From Bacteroidales bacterium UBA3143 (GTDB lineage Bacteria > Bacteroidota > Bacteroidia > Bacteroidales > Dysgonomonadaceae), in contig DEZB01000011.1 in the NCBI GenBank assembly GCA_002364735.1, positions 65,371 to 129,370 on the forward strand: DNA of 64,000 bases, written 5' to 3'. A program made the translations under genes and the position numbers. The notes under the pieces were generated by a model that searched no databases, was not told the DNA's origin, and was given only the letters and a program-made list of their open reading frames with translations. Below, piece by piece: positions 58,548 to 64,000 of the stretch (position 1 is its first letter; each line of letters opens with the position of its first letter).

Positions 58548-59366
58548 TCACACAACGGGTTGAATTGTATCAATATCACTTATATCTTGTGAAACTTTGC
58601 CACTTCTGGCATTTAATATTTTATCTTCAAAACTTTCATCTTCTTCAATTAGTTTCAAAGCTTGCTCCGCTGCCTTTTGATGTGACTCTTTTTTTGAGTA
58701 TCCTATTCCGGTTGCAATTTCAACATCAGCAATGTAGACATTTGAATGAAAAATGGGATTGTGATTTTCGTCATAGTATGACTTAATAAGATCAAACCTC
58801 ACATCAACTTTTATTTTCTGTCCCCACTCTATCAATCGCGATTTAAAATCAACTTCATTTTTTACTACATCCTCAATATCGAGATGCTCTTTGATAAGTG
58901 TATCAAACACAAATTTTTTAGCTACTCTATATCCTTGATCAAGATATATGGCTGCAATAAGCGCTTCAAGCGCATCGCCATACATATTGGTATTATGAGC
59001 CACATTGCGTGTAGAGGAAATTAATAGTTTATCTAAGCCCAACTCCAGGCCCAGTTTATTTAAAGTATCTCTTTGTACTATGCGTGAGCGCATATTAGTA
59101 AGAAAGCCCTCTTTTTTATTCTCAAACTTTTTGAATAATATATCCGCAATAATGGCATCTAAAATGGCATCTCCTAAAAACTCGAGACGCTCATTGTTTA
59201 CCCATTGACCATTATTTAATCTAATTGATGAGGACTTATGGGCAACAGCTTGTTGGTATAAAGAGAGATCGTGAGGATAAAAACCCACTATGTTGTAGAA
59301 TGTAAGATAGGGCTCTTTCCCTTTTCTTGGAATAGCCCTCATCTTTTTGTATATTTTTTTTATCAC
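58548..59366 (-). CDS. rnc: ribonuclease III
   Basis: 272 aa. RNase III signature ERLEFLGDAILDAII and a C-terminal dsRBD (GIGYSKKESHQKAAEQAL). Starts 3 nt after the fabF stop. An alternative start is M9 (59342). Confidence 0.9.
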   Translation of the reverse strand: MIKKIYKKMRAIPRKGKEPYLTFYNIVGFYPHDLSLYQQAVAHKSSSIRLNNGQWVNNERLEFLGDAILDAIIADILFKKFENKKEGFLTNMRSRIVQRDTLNKLGLELGLDKLLISSTRNVAHNTNMYGDALEALIAAIYLDQGYRVAKKFVFDTLIKEHLDIEDVVKNEVDFKSRLIEWGQKIKVDVRFDLIKSYYDENHNPIFHSNVYIADVEIATGIGYSKKESHQKAAEQALKLIEEDESFEDKILNARSGKVSQDISDIDTIQPVV

Positions 59367-59368
59367 AC

Positions 59369-60631
59369 TTACTCTGTGTATTTTTTGAGAATAACGCTTG
59401 CGTTGTGCCCTCCAAATCCAAATGTGTTGGAAAGAACAGCATTAATCTCTCTTTTCTGAGGTTTATTGAATGTGAAATTCAAATTATAATCAATCTCAGG
59501 ATCTTCATCACCTTCTGTAAAGTTAATAGTAGGAGGAACAATTTGATCTCTAATTGCTAAAATGCTAAATAAAGCTTCAACTGCTCCAGCAGCACCTAAT
59601 AGATGACCAGTCATAGATTTTGTTGCGCTAATGTTTAGCTTATAACTATGTTCGCCAAATACATCTAAAATTGCTTTTGTTTCTGAGATATCTCCAACTG
59701 GTGTGGAAGTGCCGTGCACATTAATATAGTCAATGTCTTCGGGCTGCATTTCAGCATCTTCCAATGCATTGCGCATAACGAGCTTTGCACCAACTCCATC
59801 AGGATGTGACGCAGTTAAGTGGTAAGCATCAGCAGACATTCCAGTTCCTATAACTTCGGCATATATTCTTGCTCCACGAGCTTTGGCATGTTCCAATTCT
59901 TCCAGAATAAGAGAAGCTGAGCCTTCACCCATAACAAATCCATCGCGACTTTTACTAAAAGGTCTTGATGCAGTTTCAGGCGACTCATTACGAGTAGAGA
60001 TTGCATGCATGGCATTAAAACCCCCAACTCCAGATTCTGTTATAGCAGCTTCGGCACCACCAGTAACAAAAGCATTTGCTTTTCCTAAACGAATTAAATT
60101 GTATGCATCAGCAATTGCGTTAGTTGATGAAGCACAAGCGGATACGGTAGCATAATTTGGTCCTCGCAGTCCGTAAATCATAGAGATGTGCCCAGTGGCA
60201 ATATCGGCTATCATTTTCGGAATGAAAAAAGGATTAAATCGTGGACCATTTTCTTTGGTAAGATAATAATTACCTACTTCTTCTTCAAAAGTTTTTATAC
60301 CGCCAATTCCAGCTGAGAAAATAACACCAATTCTGTCTAAATTTTCTTTTTCGAAATCTAATCCAGAATCTTCTATGGCTTGGGTTGCAGCAGCAATTGC
60401 TAATTGTGAATATCGGTCGTGCTTTCGCGCTTCTTTTCTATCAAAATGTTCTAATGGATCAAAATTCTTAACTTCGCAAGCGAATTGTGTTTTGAATAAT
60501 GAAGCATCGAACAAAGTAATAGGTCTGGCGCCACTATTACCTGCAAGGGCACTTTCCCACGTTTCATTAACGTTGTTGCCAATAGGGGTTATAGCTCCCA
60601 GACCTGTTACTACTACTCTTTTTAATTCCAT
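59369..60631 (-). CDS. fabF: beta-ketoacyl-ACP synthase II
   Basis: 420 aa. Active-site ACASS, the HGTSTP and GHLLGAAG histidines, and C-terminal NTFGFGGHNAS. Confidence 0.93.
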   Translation of the reverse strand: MELKRVVVTGLGAITPIGNNVNETWESALAGNSGARPITLFDASLFKTQFACEVKNFDPLEHFDRKEARKHDRYSQLAIAAATQAIEDSGLDFEKENLDRIGVIFSAGIGGIKTFEEEVGNYYLTKENGPRFNPFFIPKMIADIATGHISMIYGLRGPNYATVSACASSTNAIADAYNLIRLGKANAFVTGGAEAAITESGVGGFNAMHAISTRNESPETASRPFSKSRDGFVMGEGSASLILEELEHAKARGARIYAEVIGTGMSADAYHLTASHPDGVGAKLVMRNALEDAEMQPEDIDYINVHGTSTPVGDISETKAILDVFGEHSYKLNISATKSMTGHLLGAAGAVEALFSILAIRDQIVPPTINFTEGDEDPEIDYNLNFTFNKPQKREINAVLSNTFGFGGHNASVILKKYTE

Positions 60632-60650
60632 ATATTTATTTAATGGATAA

Positions 60651-60887
60651 TTATTTCGCGTGTTCTTCTACATACTTTATTGCATGATCAACAGTTGAAA
60701 TTTGTTCTGCTTGGTCATCTGGAATTGAGATATTGAATTCCTTTTCAAATTCCATGATCAATTCAACAGTGTCTAATGAATCTGCTCCTAAATCGTTTGT
60801 GAAGCTTGCTTCGTTGGTAACTTCAGATTCTTCAACGCCTAATTTATCAACGATAATTGCTTTTACTCTTGATGCTGTTTCAGACAT
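60651..60887 (-). CDS. acpP: acyl carrier protein
   Basis: 78 aa from ATG 60887 ([18 protein letters not shown]...) with the [17 protein letters not shown] motif. The 48-residue N-terminal extension in the track ORF is AT-rich intergenic read-through. Confidence 0.92.
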   Translation of the reverse strand: MSETASRVKAIIVDKLGVEESEVTNEASFTNDLGADSLDTVELIMEFEKEFNISIPDDQAEQISTVDHAIKYVEEHAK

Positions 60888-61038
60888 AACTTTAGTGATA
60901 TTAATTAATAAATAAACTTTTATTCGTAATTTTGCGATGCAAAGTAAATCATTTTTTATTGAATAAAACAAATAATCATCCAACAATTTCACCAAAAGTG
61001 CACATTTTTGAATTTTTTGTGCAAAAAACAACGTTTTT

Positions 61039-61614
61039 ATGACTCAAATAGCTCTTTTTGCTTCGGGAAGTGGAACAAATGCCGAAAATATAGCCAATTA
61101 TTTCGCTAATAGTCCAGAAATAAAGGTTTCTTTGATTATTTCTAATAATCCTCAAGCTTTTGTGCATCAACGAGCCAAAGCATTGAATATCCCCTCCTAC
61201 ACTTTACCTAAAGAGGCGTTTAAGGATGGAAGAGATATAGTTAAGCTATTATCTGAATATAATATAGACTTTATTGTACTTGCTGGCTTTCTCTTAAAAA
61301 TACCCGAGTCTTTATTAGAAGAATTCCCAAAACGGATAATCAATATACATCCTGCGCTATTACCCAAATATGGGGGTAAAGGAATGTTTGGCGACAATGT
61401 GCACAAAAAGGTGATAGAAATGGGTGACTCACAATCTGGTATAACTATACATTATGTAAATGACAAATATGACGATGGAGAAATTATATTTCAAGCGTCA
61501 TGTATTATCAGTCCAAATGACTCGTTTGAAGATGTTGCGAAAAAAGTACACACTTTAGAGTACACTCATTTACCTCGTGTTATTGAAGAGGTAATTTTAG
61601 AGAAAACTAATTAA
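61039..61614 (+). CDS. purN: phosphoribosylglycinamide formyltransferase
   Basis: 191 aa. Motifs [28 protein letters not shown] and [15 protein letters not shown]. Confidence 0.92.
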   Translation: MTQIALFASGSGTNAENIANYFANSPEIKVSLIISNNPQAFVHQRAKALNIPSYTLPKEAFKDGRDIVKLLSEYNIDFIVLAGFLLKIPESLLEEFPKRIINIHPALLPKYGGKGMFGDNVHKKVIEMGDSQSGITIHYVNDKYDDGEIIFQASCIISPNDSFEDVAKKVHTLEYTHLPRVIEEVILEKTN

Positions 61615-61746
61615 CAAGCTGATAGATTGATTCATTTCAAAATTTTTATTGGGATATAAATTTTCAAAATAAATGAAGTCTCCAAAAAAAAAAGCTTTTA
61701 TTAAAAATAAAAAGCATGGAATTACTTTGGAAATAAAAAAATATAC

Positions 61747-61754
61747 TATCTTTG
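61747..61754 (+). promoter_or_regulatory. candidate -7 promoter box (TAtcTTTG) with an upstream TTTG (-33-like) for tRNA-Leu
   Basis: TAnnTTTG ends 11 nt before the tRNA 5' end. TTTG at 61726..61729 lies 17 nt upstream of the box, near the expected -33/-7 spacing. Confidence 0.55.
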
Positions 61755-61765
61755 CATCGCTTTTT

Positions 61766-61847
61766 GCGGCTGTGGCGTAATTGGTAGCCGCGCTAGACTT
61801 AGGATCTAGTGACGCAAGTCGTGGGGGTTCGAGTCCCTTCAGCCGCA
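61766..61847 (+). tRNA. tRNA-Leu (anticodon TAG), class II with long variable arm, CCA not encoded
   Basis: Hand-folded. Acceptor GCGGCTG/CAGCCGC. Anticodon arm CTAGA-CTTAGGA-TCTAG. Variable arm TGACGCAAGTCGT. T-arm GGGGG-TTCGAGT-CCCTT. Discriminator A. Confidence 0.9.
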
Positions 61848-61883
61848 CAGATATAAGATAGTTTTCTAAGATTTTTTAAATGA

Positions 61884-61917
61884 GCGTCATAATTATCATA
61901 ATTATGACGCTTTTTTT
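61884..61917 (+). terminator. rho-independent terminator after tRNA-Leu
   Basis: Perfect 13 bp-arm palindrome gcgtcataattat-c-ataattatgacgc (61884..61910) followed by ttttttt. Confidence 0.85.
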
Positions 61918-62116
61918 GTGTTTAAGCATTCCTTTCTCTTTTTTTTTAATTACAAACACGCTGGGCAACATCAATTATATATATATACTACTGACAGCTT
62001 TGTAATTAGGAGCTTAAATGTTCGAAGCAAATAGTTCATAAAACCTCTATAGGGTCAAGGTACAAGCTGTGAATGAACTAAAAATATGCAATGAAATTAA
62101 TTGTATGCACATTCAG

Positions 62117-62320
62117 AAAATAAGGTGATAAGGTTAGATACATGGTTATATGTCAATGTTACTAAGGTTTGAAAGACTTACTCTCTTTTCTTTTAGTACA
62201 TATTAGCTCTTAAATAAATTTCAGCTTCTATTCTAATCTTTATGCAATAAGCTTCAATCTTCCTTTTAAACCTTAATAAACCAGTGCTAAACGACATCAC
62301 CAACCTTATTACCTTATTTT
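62117..62320. repeat. 19 bp inverted repeat pair flanking a ~166 bp segment (inverton- or MITE-like)
   Basis: aaaataaggtgataaggtt (62117..62135) matches the reverse complement of aaccttattaccttatttt (62302..62320) at 18 of 19 positions. Each arm is a tandem duplication of the heptamer ATAAGGT. Confidence 0.65.
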
Positions 62321-62465
62321 ATTTTTGCAAGAAAAGAGCTTATATCAACATTTCTACAGGTTCAACGTACAACATTTCTACAAGGCCATTGTATTTCGTT
62401 ATTCTCATTTTTGAAATAGTGATTCAGAACTATTTCTTGATCTGTTTTCTTAAAAGATGAAGCAT

Positions 62466-62503
62466 CTCATTATTTAAAGCTCATTATTTAAAGCTCATTA
62501 TTT
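62466..62503. repeat. tandem repeat, 14 bp unit ctcattatttaaag x about 2.7
   Basis: Two perfect units at 62466..62479 and 62480..62493, plus a partial third copy. Confidence 0.8.
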
Positions 62504-62548
62504 CTACTTGTATTATAATTAAAACTTTACACTTTAAATAATATTGCA

Positions 62549-62556
62549 TATATTTG
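62549..62556 (+). promoter_or_regulatory. candidate -7 promoter box (TAtaTTTG) for the DUF1080 gene pair
   Basis: Exact TAnnTTTG match, 169 nt upstream of the ATG at 62725. Confidence 0.35.
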
Positions 62557-62724
62557 TTATCTTTACAAATGCACTGTAATCAAAACTTCTGAATAATACG
62601 CTTACAAAGAATCCTTTATAACCAACATATATAAATTATCTAATGGAAGATAAATAAGCTTTCGAGTTCAATGAGAAAAAATAAATAATACATTCAACAT
62701 TTTAAACCTATTAATTACAAAAAG

Positions 62725-63423
62725 ATGAAATTCAATTTATTCTTACTTTCTGCTCTCTTCTTATTTTTATCGTGCAACGAGGCTAAACAACCTGTAGCAC
62801 AAAGTCTTGTTAATGGAACTGACCTCAGCGGTTGGCATATAGATGTTCCAGCAATGGACAACAACCCCGACACTATCAACCCGTTTATTATACGTGACGG
62901 CATGTTGGTTACTTTGGGCGAACCTATTGGACATATTATTACCGATGATGAGTACGAGAATTACCGCTTGCATGTAGAATACCGATTTACAAAAGGAGCA
63001 GGCAATGGTGGTGTTATGCTCCACTCCTCAACCTTACGAGCAGTTAACGATCTGTTTCCTCAATCACTGGAAGTGCAAATGAAGCATGAAAATGTTGGCG
63101 ACTTTTGGTGTTTTCAAGAAGACATTGCAGTGCCAGATATGGAAGTAAGACGTGGACCAAAAGAGAACTGGGGCTCTACAGCAGACAAACAACGCAACAT
63201 TCCAAAATTAACTGATGCTGAAAATCCTGCTGGTGAATGGAACAACCTGGTGATTGAAAGCGTTGGAGACGAAGTAAAGGTTTGGCTAAATGAGACATTA
63301 GTGAATTATGGTTATAATAGCACTTCACAAAAAGGTAAAATCGCACTACAGTCTGAAGGTTCAGAAATTGAATTTAAGCGAGTTGAATTGACTCCTATTA
63401 CTAAAATAACAGAATCAAAATAA
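62725..63423 (+). CDS. DUF1080 (3-keto-disaccharide hydrolase-like, concanavalin/LamG fold) lipoprotein
   Basis: 232 aa. Lipobox FLSC-NE. Motifs LVNGTDLSGWH, NYRLHVEYRF, GNGGVMLH and KGKIALQSEGSEIEFKRVEL are typical of DUF1080. Confidence 0.75.
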   Translation: MKFNLFLLSALFLFLSCNEAKQPVAQSLVNGTDLSGWHIDVPAMDNNPDTINPFIIRDGMLVTLGEPIGHIITDDEYENYRLHVEYRFTKGAGNGGVMLHSSTLRAVNDLFPQSLEVQMKHENVGDFWCFQEDIAVPDMEVRRGPKENWGSTADKQRNIPKLTDAENPAGEWNNLVIESVGDEVKVWLNETLVNYGYNSTSQKGKIALQSEGSEIEFKRVELTPITKITESK

Positions 63424-63470
63424 TTGCAAGATATATCATTCAGGCATTAATTTTTAAAATAACAAAAAAG

Positions 63471-64000
63471 ATGAAAGTCAATCTATTTATTCTAACTACT
63501 CTTTTCGCATTCGCGGCTTGCACCTCAAAACAACCCGAAGCGCAAAGTCTATTTAATGGAACAGACCTGACAGGCTGGCACGTGGATGTGCCAGCAATGG
63601 ACAACAACCCCGACACTATCAATCCTTTTATTGTACGCAATGGTATGCTGGTAAGTTTGGGCACTCCCGCAGGTCATCTTATTACGGACAATGATTTTGA
63701 AAACTACCAACTGGAAGTGGTGTATCGTTTTGCAGGGACTCCTGGAAACTGTGGAGTTTTGATTCATGCCACAACTCCTCGTGCATTGTACAAGATGTTC
63801 CCAAAATCGTTGGAAGTGCAAATGGAACATCAAAATGCAGGAGACTTCTGGTGTATAGTAGAAGATATTACTGTTGACAACATGGAAGAACAACGAGGTC
63901 CAAAAGAAGATTGGGGCATTACGGAAGGAAAAGCACGTCGCATAAAGAAATTTACCGATGGAGCCGAGAAACCAGTTGGTGAATGGAACAATATGGTGAT
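63471..64000 (+). CDS. DUF1080 lipoprotein paralog (3' end beyond the window)
   Basis: Own translation from ATG 63471: MKVNLFILTTLFAFAAC-TSKQPEAQSLFNGTDLTGWHVDVPAMDNNPDTINPFIVRNGMLVS... It is collinear with and clearly similar to the upstream gene. Not in the track because no stop lies in the window. Confidence 0.75.
   Translation, partial: MKVNLFILTTLFAFAACTSKQPEAQSLFNGTDLTGWHVDVPAMDNNPDTINPFIVRNGMLVSLGTPAGHLITDNDFENYQLEVVYRFAGTPGNCGVLIHATTPRALYKMFPKSLEVQMEHQNAGDFWCIVEDITVDNMEEQRGPKEDWGITEGKARRIKKFTDGAEKPVGEWNNMV

Noticed and set aside
60888-61031. 48-residue N-terminal extension of the acpP ORF
   Set aside because: The canonical ACP starts at MSETAS (ATG 60887). The extension runs through AT-rich promoter-like DNA shared with divergent purN.
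62466-62503. Possible CRISPR array
   Set aside because: It consists of only about 2.7 directly abutting 14 bp units with no spacers. No cas genes or repeat-spacer architecture occur anywhere in the window.
61848-62724. Integrated mobile element at the tRNA-Leu 3' end
   Set aside because: No integrase or other mobile-element gene follows the tRNA. The only downstream echo of the tRNA 3' end is a 7-8 nt match (ttcgagt at about 62662), too short to call an att site.

Overview
This window looks like a chromosomal segment from a low-GC member of Bacteroidota. The evidence is TAnnTTTG -7 promoter boxes, many lipoprotein signals, a T9SS-type C-terminal domain, and DUF1080 and DUF4251 proteins. Three blocks are visible. 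(1) 1-11.5 kb is housekeeping and catabolism: the edge of a glycosaminoglycan-type utilisation locus (heparinase II/III-like lyase plus GH88), pruA, cmk, ispH, pfkA, and a complete Na+-pumping methylmalonyl-CoA decarboxylase operon (mce-mmdA-LTD/OadG fusion-mmdC-mmdB). (2) 11.5-48 kb is visibly more AT-rich and is a surface-polysaccharide super-locus. It holds a 27 kb minus-strand Wzy-dependent operon running wza, wzc, two FdtA-like ketoisomerases, aminotransferase, wzx, glycosyltransferases, wzy, a carrier-protein/amidotransferase cassette, a WbaP-like initiating transferase, then oxidoreductase/SDR genes. A 1.3 kb non-coding leader follows, then a T9SS beta-helix protein, then a second smaller locus with its own flippase and a WbqC/ATP-grasp/GNAT trio. 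(3) 48-64 kb is housekeeping again: two FKBP isomerases, a FabK-like protein, purD, surE, lpxB, a second pfk, rnc-fabF-acpP, purN, tRNA-Leu(TAG) and tandem DUF1080 paralogs, interspersed with several families of short structured repeats. I found no CRISPR array, transposase, integrase or recognisable defence system. The best candidate for an undescribed system is the six-gene cassette at 17.7-24.3 kb. It encodes a FemAB-like transferase, a carrier protein, an AsnB-like synthetase whose catalytic Cys is replaced by Ser, a NadE-like protein, an adenylate-forming ligase and an LbH acyltransferase. I predict it builds an amidated acyl or aminoacyl decoration on an amino sugar. All functional calls come from motif recognition by eye on the supplied translations; no database search was run.
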